Positions 41,424 through 50,815 of a stretch of DNA of 64,000 nucleotides are shown here, in pieces. The stretch's first letter is position 1. Each line of letters starts with the position of its first letter. The DNA is from Aulosira sp. ZfuVER01 (GTDB lineage Bacteria; Cyanobacteriota; Cyanobacteriia; Cyanobacteriales; Nostocaceae), in contig JAVRCV020000049.1 in NCBI GenBank assembly GCA_034530615.2, positions 1 to 64,000 on the forward strand. The letters run 5' to 3'. The translations under genes were made by a program, and so were the position numbers. Below the pieces are notes generated by a model. The model made no database searches. It was not told where the DNA came from and worked only from the letters and a program-made list of their open reading frames with translations.

Positions 41424-42515
41424 ATGGCAAACGTTAAGCTAGAAGACATTAAGCGTAGATTCAACAACGTGACTGCGATCGAGGATATTTCTTTTGAAAT
41501 TCCTGATGGTGAGTTTTGGGTTTTGGTGGGGCCATCTGGTTGTGGTAAATCTACAATTTTACGCACGATCGCCGGTTTAGAGACAGCCACATCTGGCAAA
41601 CTCTTTATTGGCGATCGCTTGATGAATAATATCCCAGCCAGACAGCGTGATGTGGCGATGGTGTTTCAAAACTATGCGCTTTATCCGCACATGACGGTGG
41701 CGCAAAACATCGCTTTTGGGTTGCAAATGCGGAAAGTTGACTCGAAAGTGATTCAAGATAGAGTCAGTACGGTGGCGCGATCGCTTTCTTTGGACAAGTT
41801 GCTAGATCGCAAACCCAAACAACTTTCTGGGGGACAACAACAACGGGTAGCATTAGGAAGAGCGATCGCCCGTCAGCCACAAGTCTTTTTACTAGACGAA
41901 CCTTTGTCTAATTTAGACGCGCAATTACGCGATGATACTAGGGCTGAGTTGAAACAGTTACATCACAATTTGGGAATTACGACCATATACGTCACCCACG
42001 ATCAAGTTGAGGCGATGACTTTAGCGGATAAGATTGTGGTGCTAAATGGCGGTAGAATTCAACAAATCGGCGATCCTCAAACTATTTATGAGCGTCCCGC
42101 TAATCAAATGGTGGCATCTTTTTTAGGTAATCCACCAATGAATATTTTGCCTGCAATCTATCAGCGTGAGGGTTTTGATGTTAGTGGACAGTTATTAGAA
42201 ATTCCGCCAAGTTTACTGGAGAATTTGCAGATGCGTCAGGGACAAAGTGTAGATTTAGGGATTAGGCCGGAGCATATTTATATTAACGAACCACAGAGAG
42301 AAGCAGAGGGAGAATTGGTAGTTGAGGTGAAGGTGGTGGAACCTTTGGGAAGGGAAACATTGATTCGCGTTAGTTTACCTGATTCATCCGCTTTGCTGAA
42401 TGTACAGGTGGGTGGTGGTGTACGTTTGCGTCCAGGCGATCGCCTTTCTCTACAACTAGATTTGAGCCAGTTGTTTGTGTTTGACCCTAATACTGGTGAC
42501 AGAATTTTGCCCTAA
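41424..42515 (+). CDS. Sugar ABC transporter ATP-binding subunit (MalK/MsmX family)
   Basis: GPSGCGKST, VFQNYALYPHM, LSGGQ, DEPLSNLDA, TOBE tail. Confidence 0.93.
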   Translation: MANVKLEDIKRRFNNVTAIEDISFEIPDGEFWVLVGPSGCGKSTILRTIAGLETATSGKLFIGDRLMNNIPARQRDVAMVFQNYALYPHMTVAQNIAFGLQMRKVDSKVIQDRVSTVARSLSLDKLLDRKPKQLSGGQQQRVALGRAIARQPQVFLLDEPLSNLDAQLRDDTRAELKQLHHNLGITTIYVTHDQVEAMTLADKIVVLNGGRIQQIGDPQTIYERPANQMVASFLGNPPMNILPAIYQREGFDVSGQLLEIPPSLLENLQMRQGQSVDLGIRPEHIYINEPQREAEGELVVEVKVVEPLGRETLIRVSLPDSSALLNVQVGGGVRLRPGDRLSLQLDLSQLFVFDPNTGDRILP

Positions 42516-42558
42516 AAATGACTATAATTTGATTATCAAGACAATTAATTAAAACTTA

Positions 42559-42975
42559 ATGCCTGCTAAGGATATTTACCATGATGCAGTTAAGTTATCT
42601 TTAGTAAAAGATGGATGGACAATTACTAACGATCCACTTTTACTGCAATATGGTGCAAAAGATTTGTTTGTTGATTTAGGAGCCGAAAAAATCCTAGCTG
42701 CGGAGAAAAGCGGAGATAAAATTGCAGTTGAAATCAAAAGCTTTATTAGTCCTTCTCCCATGAACGATTTAGAAAAAGCTATTGGACAGTATATTCTTTA
42801 TAAAAACATCCTTGAAGAAATCGAAACCGATAGATTACTATATTTAGCTGTTACTAACATAGCTTATAAAGATATCTTTGCTGAACCTCTTGGTCAGTTA
42901 GTGATGAATAAAAATCATTTACGATTAATGGTATTTAATTCTAGTAAACAGGAAATAGAACAATGGATAAACTAG
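42559..42975 (+). CDS. xisH: XisH family protein
   Basis: MPAKDIYHDAVK..KDGWTITNDP..DLGAE..IAVEIKSF. Confidence 0.93.
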   Translation: MPAKDIYHDAVKLSLVKDGWTITNDPLLLQYGAKDLFVDLGAEKILAAEKSGDKIAVEIKSFISPSPMNDLEKAIGQYILYKNILEEIETDRLLYLAVTNIAYKDIFAEPLGQLVMNKNHLRLMVFNSSKQEIEQWIN

Positions 42976-43298
42976 AAAAATATCGAGAAGTTATAGTTAA
43001 ATCACTTCAAGAATACGCTAAAATACCTTACTCCTATGGCAATTTAGAAAGAAGATTTATTATTAGCGAAGACCACAGTAATTATTTATTAATTACATTA
43101 GGCTGGCAAAATGACCAAAGAGTTCATGGTTGTCTAATTCATATAGAAATTATTAATAATAAAGTTTGGATTCATCGAGATGGAACAGAAGACGGAATTA
43201 CAAACGATTTAGTAGCCGCCGGAATTCCTAAAGCAGATATTGTCCTAGGATTTCATCACCCAGAAATTCGCCAATATACAGAATATGCTATTAATTGA
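42963..43298 (+). CDS. xisI: XisI family protein
   Basis: GWQ..RVHG..KVWIHRDGTEDGI..AGIPKADIVLGFH; overlaps xisH. Confidence 0.93.
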   Translation: MDKLEKYREVIVKSLQEYAKIPYSYGNLERRFIISEDHSNYLLITLGWQNDQRVHGCLIHIEIINNKVWIHRDGTEDGITNDLVAAGIPKADIVLGFHHPEIRQYTEYAIN

Positions 43299-43320
43299 GC
43301 AGTTAAATAAACTTCCCTTA

Positions 43321-43472
43321 GAGGTTGTTTTAAAAGTACTGGGCTGTGATTTGAGGCACTTATTGATCCCCTGAAAAAGCAGTAAGTTAGAATCAAAGTC
43401 CCCCTTACAAAGGGGGATTTAGGGGGATCTAAAAGTATTTGATACATTACTAATGACTTTTAAAACATCCTC
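43321..43472. mobile_element. MITE, inverted sister of 3362-3523
   Basis: GAGGTTGTTTTAAAAGT / ACTTTTAAAACATCCTC with TTA on both flanks. Confidence 0.75.
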
Positions 43473-43558
43473 TTAATAATTAGAGCATTACTCAAAAAAT
43501 TCATAATATTCTAATTTTGTAAACCCTTAGTGTTGGAGTACTAGATACTCCAAATTGG

Positions 43559-44023
43559 TCATTTTTGAATCTCCATTTTTGAAATTAAAGATTCTTTTTT
43601 TGTTTTCCCGCAAGGTTCTGCACTTTGACAATCACTCACTGACTCGATTTTATAATCTAAACTAACTTTCTTGTTTAACAAAGTTTCGGGTTTCTCGCAA
43701 ACCTCAAATGTTGCACCTAAATTATGTTTAATTCCCTTTTCATCGACTAGGGTAACGTAGCATTTGAGATCGCCATTAACTACCTCTTTAACTGTGCCAA
43801 TTTTTGGTTGTCCTGTGGCTGATGTCTGAGTTTTATCAGTATTGGCTTTGCTGTTAGATGGTTTTTTGGTAGCTACTGTTTTACTTTGGGTATTTGTAGA
43901 GGTTTGTGGCTGAGATTGCGTTTTTGTGGAAGTTTCTTTTGCAGTATCAGTTTGGGAGTTACTGCAACTGGTAATCCAGATAGAACAAATAATTAACGCA
44001 ATTGTTGGAGCTAACTTTTTCAT
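43559..44023 (-). CDS. Lipoprotein with Thr/Ser/Lys-rich linker and a small Cys-containing domain
   Basis: Lipobox ITSC; GDLKCY and SDCQSAEPCG. Confidence 0.75.
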   Translation of the reverse strand: MKKLAPTIALIICSIWITSCSNSQTDTAKETSTKTQSQPQTSTNTQSKTVATKKPSNSKANTDKTQTSATGQPKIGTVKEVVNGDLKCYVTLVDEKGIKHNLGATFEVCEKPETLLNKKVSLDYKIESVSDCQSAEPCGKTKKESLISKMEIQK

Positions 44024-44188
44024 TAATGTATTTTTGAAACCTAAAAATTAGGTTAGTTTCACTACTATCAAAAATTTAAAATGAATTTCTCAATAGTGTG
44101 AAATACTAAACCTAGATAAACTACACTTGTCTAGCAAAAGTTTTACCCAAAAACAGCTATAGTACATAAGATTTAATATCCACAGATT

Positions 44189-45250
44189 TTAAACCATTTG
44201 CTTTACCTGAGATTTTGCTAATTCACTAGGAGCAAATGCACCATTTTCTGTGATGATAGCTGTAATCAACTCTGCTGGGGTGACATCAAAAGCTGGATTA
44301 TAAAAGTCAACACCTTCAGGTGTCAAAATGGTATCGCCTACTTGATAAATTTCTGTGGGATTACGCTCTTCAATGGGAATTTGGCTACCATCGGATAGTT
44401 CAAAATCAACGGTAGATAGGGGTGCAGCGACAAAGAAAGGAATATTATGTGCTTTGGCTGCGATCGCTACACTATAAGTACCAATTTTGTTGGCAGTATC
44501 GCCGTTAGCCGCAATTCGATCGGCACCAACAACAACGGCATGAATTAATCCTTGCTTCATGCAGTGAGCAGCCATATTATCAGTGATGAGTGTAACAGGA
44601 ATGCCTTCTTGAACGCATTCCCAAGCAGTGAGTTTTGCACCTTGTAAGCGGGGACGAGTTTCGTCGGCAAATACACGCGCTAAACGTCCTTCTCTCCATG
44701 CGGAACGCACCACACCCAAAGCAGTACCATACCCAGCAGTTGCTAGTGCGCCAGCGTTGCAATGAGTCAGAATTGTTAGCTTAGCTGGGTTTTTAGGTAA
44801 GACTGTCAAGCCATTGTCACCGATCGCTTGACAAGTTTGCAAATCTTCAGCATTGATTGCTTGGGCAGTTTGGAAGAGAGTTTGTTTGAGTTCTGCTACT
44901 GTTCCCAAACTTTCATAGGCAGTTTTCATCATGCGGCTAATTGCCCAAAATAAATTTACCGCTGTCGGGCGTGTAGAACGCAACAATTGGGCAACTTGTT
45001 CTAAGTGTTGTAAAAATTCATTGCGATCGCTGGTTTCAATCTCCCTCGCCCCAAGATAGATTCCATAAGCTGCGGCTACACCAATTGCTGGCGCACCTCG
45101 GACAATCATTGTTGTAATTGCCCTTGCCATATCTTCGCTGCGGTGAATCTCGACAAACGCATACTCGTTAGGTAAGCGGGTTTGGTCAATTAGTGATACC
45201 GAGTCGTTATGCCAAATAACTGGGTAAACTTGGTTGGGGGAATGTGTCAT
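44189..45250 (-). CDS. mtnA: S-methyl-5-thioribose-1-phosphate isomerase
   Basis: [41 protein letters not shown]. Confidence 0.96.
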   Translation of the reverse strand: MTHSPNQVYPVIWHNDSVSLIDQTRLPNEYAFVEIHRSEDMARAITTMIVRGAPAIGVAAAYGIYLGAREIETSDRNEFLQHLEQVAQLLRSTRPTAVNLFWAISRMMKTAYESLGTVAELKQTLFQTAQAINAEDLQTCQAIGDNGLTVLPKNPAKLTILTHCNAGALATAGYGTALGVVRSAWREGRLARVFADETRPRLQGAKLTAWECVQEGIPVTLITDNMAAHCMKQGLIHAVVVGADRIAANGDTANKIGTYSVAIAAKAHNIPFFVAAPLSTVDFELSDGSQIPIEERNPTEIYQVGDTILTPEGVDFYNPAFDVTPAELITAIITENGAFAPSELAKSQVKQMV

Positions 45251-45419
45251 AGAAAGTGAGAATTATTTTAAGAAGGCATTAAATACTAATACCAATTCTG
45301 TATGAAAATGCGCTGACGCGCAAGAAATAAAAACGAACCACGAAGGGCGCAAAGAACGCGAAGATAGGAGATATAGATAGAATTTGAACCTGGTTCACAA
45401 ACAAACGGTATCAATAGCC

Positions 45420-45857
45420 ATGACGGCAGAAAATAAAAGATTGGAAAAGCTGATCGGCAGGCTCCATAGTAGAAGTTTACCTGAAGACGTTTCTCACCAA
45501 ATAATCAAACTTGGTAAGCCAGCATATAATTACTTATTCCAGAAAATAGACGAGCCGACGCTTACAGAATGTCAAGTTATTAATATAATTCGTGTTTTAT
45601 ACGCTATGCGGTGTCATGGCGACATACAAATATTTATTAACAAACTGTTATTGCTTACCAAAAATGAAAGAATATCAGTCCGCTCTGTCGCATCACATTT
45701 GTCAATTTGCTTGGTTCTTATGGCTGAGGCTTTTGAAGAATTAAATATTCCTTTACAACGAGAAATGCTAAAACCATTATTACAAAATGCTTTTGTTATG
45801 GGATTAAACCCTGGGGTTGCAGAATTTACAAAACATTTTCTGAGTAATACAAATTAG
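45420..45857 (+). CDS. Hypothetical helical (HEAT-like) protein
   Basis: 145-aa ORF wedged between two minus-strand genes; no family recognised. Confidence 0.5.
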   Translation: MTAENKRLEKLIGRLHSRSLPEDVSHQIIKLGKPAYNYLFQKIDEPTLTECQVINIIRVLYAMRCHGDIQIFINKLLLLTKNERISVRSVASHLSICLVLMAEAFEELNIPLQREMLKPLLQNAFVMGLNPGVAEFTKHFLSNTN

Positions 45858-46561
45858 TCTTCAAGTGATATTTCACCCGAGGCGATCGCATCTAATTTCT
45901 TCATATCAAGTATCGTTATCTTACCTCCGCGGCTATAAGCAATTATCGACTTCAGGCTTTTAATTAAACGCAGGCATTCCTCGTAAGAAATGCCAATACT
46001 CCGAGCCATGTGATAGTAAGATAATTTAACTTTTAAACATTCGCCTTCTGGCGTTGATTCAGTTCCAGATTCGGCGGCATAATATTGAATTAACCTCGCA
46101 AGCCTGACAATTGCTCTTTCAGAAACTAATCCATGAACTGTTTCATGCAATTGCTGAATCCGATTGTTAAAAACCATCAACATCCGTAAAGCAATCTCCG
46201 GATTTTGTTGGATAGCTTTTAATAAAGCATCTCGTTCTACAGTGAGAATTTCGCAATCAGATTCAGCAGTTACAGTTGCAGGAGAAATGCCATTTCCTAA
46301 CAAAGCAGGTGCAGCAAAAATTTCTCCATTAGCTAAGGTACGCAGAATCGTTTCTTTGCCTGTAGTTGCTGTTTTGGTAACTTGAATGGCACCACTGACA
46401 ACAGCATATAATTTGGCTGGTAAGCGATCGCCTTCATGCAGAATAATCTCTCCTTTGCTATAGCGTTGTACCTGGGTTTGCGGTTGCAGGCTTACCTTGT
46501 CTGCTGTGTCTAAATCTGCAAACACGGTAATTTGCGAGAGTTGTTCTATAGAGGCTTGCAT
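45854..46561 (-). CDS. Crp/Fnr family transcriptional regulator
   Basis: cNMP-binding domain plus C-terminal HTH; ATG overlaps the amidase stop (TAATG). Confidence 0.88.
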   Translation of the reverse strand: MQASIEQLSQITVFADLDTADKVSLQPQTQVQRYSKGEIILHEGDRLPAKLYAVVSGAIQVTKTATTGKETILRTLANGEIFAAPALLGNGISPATVTAESDCEILTVERDALLKAIQQNPEIALRMLMVFNNRIQQLHETVHGLVSERAIVRLARLIQYYAAESGTESTPEGECLKVKLSYYHMARSIGISYEECLRLIKSLKSIIAYSRGGKITILDMKKLDAIASGEISLED

Positions 46562-47958
46562 TATGTCGCCAAGGCTGGACGATGCTGAAGCCAAGGATTA
46601 GCAGCTTCTAGTTGTGCGGCTAGGCTGATGAGTGTTTCTTCCGCACCAGGTTTACCAACTAACTGCACGCTAATGGGTACACCATTACTATCAAAACCTA
46701 CAGGAAGTGCGATCGCAGGTTGTCCCGTCGCATTTGCTGGGGGACAGGGTGCTACCCAGTTAATAATATTTTGGAATGTCTCTTCTGGACTTAAGTCAGC
46801 CCATTCTCCCACCCGAATCGGTGAATGCAGATACACTGGCAATACCAACACATCAACTTCATGGAAAAATGCCACGATTTGCCGTGATACCATCTGCATC
46901 TGTGCTACTGCTTGCAAATATTCCGCCGCAGAACCCGATCGCATCAACAGAAAACGATTGAATGGTTGCAAAATTTCCGCCGGAATTCCCGCAGCACCTA
47001 CCCCAGCTTGCCAGACGATTTGAAATGGTTCGACTAAGCCGCTAAAATCTGGGCATTTCTCTTCAACTTTATGACCAAGTTGTTCCAATAACTTAACTGT
47101 TTGCAAAACTCCTTGCTCGCAGTTAGCATCTGCTTCACCCAAGGGAGGAACGATAGTGCTAAAAGCGATGCGTAATTCTCCCAGTTGTGTTTGAGTAGCG
47201 GCGAGAAATGATGGCTGTGGATCTGCTAACCAGTAAGGATCGCCTGGAAAATAACCAGACATTGTATCTAAAAGTGCAGCCGCATCCGCAACAGTACGGC
47301 CAAGCGGCCCGTTAGTGGCAAGTCCAGAAAGGCGATCGCCTACAGGCGCATGAGTTACTCTTCCCCGTGATGGCTTAATTCCGACAACACCGCAACAAGC
47401 CGCAGGCCCGCGAATCGAACCACCGCCATCAGAACCTTGAGCGATCGCACACAATCCTGCTGCTACTGATGCAGCTGCACCACCACTAGAACCGCCAGGA
47501 GTGTAATCTAAATTCCACGGATTTCTCGCTGGGGGGAATCCCGTAGGTTCGCTGTAAGGAAAAGAACCTAATTCCGAAGTTGCAGTTTTACCCAGCAGCA
47601 CAAATCCCGCTTGTCTAATGCGAGTTACTACCCCATCATCATAGTTCAGGATATTGTTCATTAATGCTGGATTGCCGTAAGTACAAGGTACACCAGCTAC
47701 AGCGTTGAGGTCTTTGATAGAAATTGGGACGCCAAAAAATGGTGGTAACTCTCTTGTATTGGCGAGTACTTCTGTTTTGGCTTGAGCGTCTGCGATCGCC
47801 AAATCCGCCATCACTGTAAAATAACTTCCTAATTGGGGATTTAAGCGCTCAATTCGTTCTAAATAAATATTTACCAACTCTAGCGGCGACACTTCCCGGC
47901 GACGGATTAATTGCGCCAACTCCAGTGCTGGGGTAAAAGCTAAATCAGTTTCATTCAT
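46561..47958 (-). CDS. Amidase signature family protein
   Basis: GVPISIKD, PGGSSGG, GSDGGGSIRGPA. Confidence 0.93.
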   Translation of the reverse strand: MNETDLAFTPALELAQLIRRREVSPLELVNIYLERIERLNPQLGSYFTVMADLAIADAQAKTEVLANTRELPPFFGVPISIKDLNAVAGVPCTYGNPALMNNILNYDDGVVTRIRQAGFVLLGKTATSELGSFPYSEPTGFPPARNPWNLDYTPGGSSGGAAASVAAGLCAIAQGSDGGGSIRGPAACCGVVGIKPSRGRVTHAPVGDRLSGLATNGPLGRTVADAAALLDTMSGYFPGDPYWLADPQPSFLAATQTQLGELRIAFSTIVPPLGEADANCEQGVLQTVKLLEQLGHKVEEKCPDFSGLVEPFQIVWQAGVGAAGIPAEILQPFNRFLLMRSGSAAEYLQAVAQMQMVSRQIVAFFHEVDVLVLPVYLHSPIRVGEWADLSPEETFQNIINWVAPCPPANATGQPAIALPVGFDSNGVPISVQLVGKPGAEETLISLAAQLEAANPWLQHRPALAT

Positions 47959-48172
47959 GCCTTAGCTAAGGGGTACTGTGAGCTTTTCTGAAAATCTTTA
48001 AATTCCAGTGTTACTTTAGCAGGATTTCTGGGAACTATATAGCAATCTTATTTGATTTGTGAACTTACTCGTGGAGGAAGGCAATAGGCAATAGATATTT
48101 TTGCTCTCACCTTGCTTCACAGCCATTTTAATTGTTTCATATACACTTTCGACCAATCCCCAAGGGATATTT

Positions 48173-49636
48173 ATGGATAACCTAGACAAGCTTCTACATG
48201 AACTGACAAAACTTGTTGAGAGTCTGAGGCTGACTGTTGGTGATTCTCATACAATTAAGCAAGAAATCATCCGGCTAAATTTTGTTCAGGAACAACTCCG
48301 CAATCTCCAAGGTGCGATCGCTCAAGAAATAGCTGTTGCAAAAATTAATAATCCAGCAGTTAGTGTACTTTCTTTGGGTACAGAAAGCACTATATTTCCT
48401 TCTCACAGCCGTTTAGTAGATCCATTGCTGACAACTGGAGAAAGATTTATCGCTCACAAATTTGGTAATGAACCAACCAAAGTATCTTTAAATGAATTAG
48501 AATCTCAAATTTCCCGTTGGCTGGAATGGGGTGAACTGCTTCAGACAATAGCTGAAGATATTGTAAGCAATTCTCAATTTATTAATCAACTGAATTCTAA
48601 TATCAACTATCCTAGTTTACCAAGTAAGTTACAAGAGCTTGAAGGAAAACTCAAGATTGACTTAGTTTATAATAAAGCGAAAGTTTTACAGCAGCAAATT
48701 CAGCAAATAGGCAAATACCAAGAGGAATTGTTGCAAGTACAGGAAAAGTCTAGCAAAGTATTTGATAGGATTAAAAATACCCAAAATATTCTATTAATAT
48801 TACTGAATTTATCAGCTTTTTGTGGCAGTTCCGGCTTGGAATTAGAATGGTTTGATGATGAATATGGATTCATAATATCTAGTGGTGACAAATGTCAAGC
48901 CTTGGCAGATATTATCTATGATTGCGAATTATTTCAAGAAGAAATTGATGCCTTAGTTGGCGATACTAACAATTTGTTAGAACAGGCAGAAATAGCTATG
49001 AGCAATCTTCCTCAGAGTAAAAATCTGGAACAAATAACAAAATTATTATCACAAAATATAGTACATTCGGCTTTATTTATTAGCTCAAGTTTATTAGTAT
49101 TAGGTTTTGGTACTTGCATAGTTAAAGATAAAATTGTCACTATGCAGCAAACTCAAAATATCAAACAAGAAAAAATTGCCCTAGCTAACTTGAAATCTGC
49201 TAAAAGTCTGGGTATGGAAGCTGCTGTTATCGTTCAAAAAACACCATTGCCACTAAAAGATTGGCAGCAAGCCGAGAGCAAATGGCAAAAAGCAGTAAGC
49301 TTGCTAGAGGCTATTCCTAAAGATACATCTATTTCTCCACAAACCAATAAACAACTAGTTAAGTATCGTGCCTACCATACTGCTATTAGTCAAAGAGTTG
49401 CTTTGGAAAAGAAAGCAGTATCAAACTTAGAAGCTGCCGAAAAGTTAGCATTAGAGGCTGAGTTTATTATTAAAAATGCGCCTGAAAAATCGGCAATTTT
49501 ACAGCAAGCCAAAGATAAATTACAAGAAGCAATTAATTTATTAGAACCTATTTCTGAAAGTACTTTCGTCTCTAAACAAGTGCAAGAAAAACTTGCGAGT
49601 TATAAAAATAAATATGAGGCGATTAAGACAAAATAA
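48173..49636 (+). CDS. Membrane-anchored coiled-coil protein with C-terminal TPR-like helical repeats
   Basis: Single TM helix; duplicated A.KL..EA..WQQA..KWQ.A..LL..I pattern. Confidence 0.7.
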   Translation: MDNLDKLLHELTKLVESLRLTVGDSHTIKQEIIRLNFVQEQLRNLQGAIAQEIAVAKINNPAVSVLSLGTESTIFPSHSRLVDPLLTTGERFIAHKFGNEPTKVSLNELESQISRWLEWGELLQTIAEDIVSNSQFINQLNSNINYPSLPSKLQELEGKLKIDLVYNKAKVLQQQIQQIGKYQEELLQVQEKSSKVFDRIKNTQNILLILLNLSAFCGSSGLELEWFDDEYGFIISSGDKCQALADIIYDCELFQEEIDALVGDTNNLLEQAEIAMSNLPQSKNLEQITKLLSQNIVHSALFISSSLLVLGFGTCIVKDKIVTMQQTQNIKQEKIALANLKSAKSLGMEAAVIVQKTPLPLKDWQQAESKWQKAVSLLEAIPKDTSISPQTNKQLVKYRAYHTAISQRVALEKKAVSNLEAAEKLALEAEFIIKNAPEKSAILQQAKDKLQEAINLLEPISESTFVSKQVQEKLASYKNKYEAIKTK

Positions 49637-49769
49637 AAAATTGCTCGGGGAGATAAATAATTTCTCTTGATTAGGCCTCTTGCATAAGTCGAGGTTTTTG
49701 ATATTGGATCGCAGATAAACACCGATAAATAAATATCAGTGTTTATCTGTGGTTTTTTATTCTTAAAAT

Positions 49770-50045
49770 ATACTTTATATTCTCGTTTGTTGCGATCTAA
49801 GTCAGCTTGTGCAGATGCGATCGCTTGCTGCATTAAATTCGACTCAGCCGCAATTTGAGTTTGTAGTGCATTCAGTTGAGCAGCGATTTGTCTAAGTTGT
49901 AACTTATTCTGCTGGATATTATCTGCAATTTGTTTTTTTTGGTTCATCTCACCAAAATCTTTTTAACAGCACCTTCTCCGGCTGACTGCACTAACCGTAT
50001 ATCTCCGTCAGGATGGATTGTAGCGGGTGCTTTCACAGTGACATC
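49770..50045 (-). pseudogene. hlyD: Fragment of HlyD-family membrane fusion protein
   Basis: DVTVKAPATIHPDGDIRLVQSAGEGAVK, then after a break QIADNIQQNKLQLRQIAAQLNALQTQIAAESNLMQQAIASAQADLDRNKREY; lacks the TM anchor and the C-terminal half. Confidence 0.75.
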
Positions 50046-50063
50046 ACTTAACAAATGGCTCAC

Positions 50064-50101
50064 AAAAAAACCTGGAGAGGTAATTTAAAGCACTCTCCAG
50101 G
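50064..50101 (-). terminator. Intrinsic terminator downstream of the peptide genes
   Basis: Minus strand CCTGGAGAG-loop-CTCTCCAGG followed by T7. Confidence 0.75.
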
Positions 50102-50177
50102 CTGTCATTGTGAATATTAAGCTACATTACACAGAGTTACCGTAATTTAAACCCTGTAGTTCTAGATTTTGCCTTTA

Positions 50178-50306
50178 TCAGTCCAACGCGGGCATCCCAT
50201 AACCACCAGAAACGTTAGACATTTCCTTTTCATCCAGGCGTACAACTGGTAAAGTTCCTGAGTTAGGATTTTTGGTGTCTTTTTTAGCTTGTTTTTTGAA
50301 CAACAT
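50178..50306 (-). CDS. Double-glycine leader peptide precursor 2 (42 aa; predicted core YGMPALD)
   Basis: Manual translation MLFKKQAKKDTKNPNSGTLPVVRLDEKEMSNVSGG-YGMPALD*; AAGGA RBS; paralogue alongside. Confidence 0.85.
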   Translation of the reverse strand: MLFKKQAKKDTKNPNSGTLPVVRLDEKEMSNVSGGYGMPALD

Positions 50307-50420
50307 AAGTCATCCTTGGGTTTTTTGTGAGTGATTTTAAGCTTTTAATACTGTCAATTAAGACTTATATCCGACAAGAGTTTACAAGCTAACACTAGAG
50401 GTCAAAAATTTCCTTTTCAT

Positions 50421-50543
50421 TCAAAGGTAAGCAGGAGGTCCACCACAAACGTTAGACATTTCCTTTTCATTCAAGCGCACAATTGGTAAAGATCCTAAGT
50501 TATGATTTTTGGTATCCTTTTTAGCTTGTTTTTTGAACAACAT
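50421..50543 (-). CDS. Double-glycine leader peptide precursor 1 (40 aa; predicted core PPAYL)
   Basis: Manual translation MLFKKQAKKDTKNHNLGSLPIVRLNEKEMSNVCGG-PPAYL*; GAGGA RBS. Confidence 0.8.
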   Translation of the reverse strand: MLFKKQAKKDTKNHNLGSLPIVRLNEKEMSNVCGGPPAYL

Positions 50544-50815
50544 AAGTAATCCTCGGATTCTGTTTTGCTAATTTTGAACTTTTAATGTTGTCAATGAAGG
50601 CTTGTAGCCTAATTTACAATTTGAATTTAATTCAGCAGTGTTTGCTATAAACAACACTGCGTTACTTAACTTCATAACTCAAAAAATATTTAAGCGTCAC
50701 TACCTTGAAGAAAACTTTATTCCCAGATTATAATTTAAGTATTTATACGTAATTACTAGTTAATATATACATAGTTATGATTTAGCAGATGTATCCTTCC
50801 AGCTAATTCTGCAAA

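Noticed and set aside
49600..49947. 115-aa ORF as an intact gene
   Set aside because: N-terminal half is HlyD coiled-coil remnant; the rest runs through repeat DNA into the convergent gene
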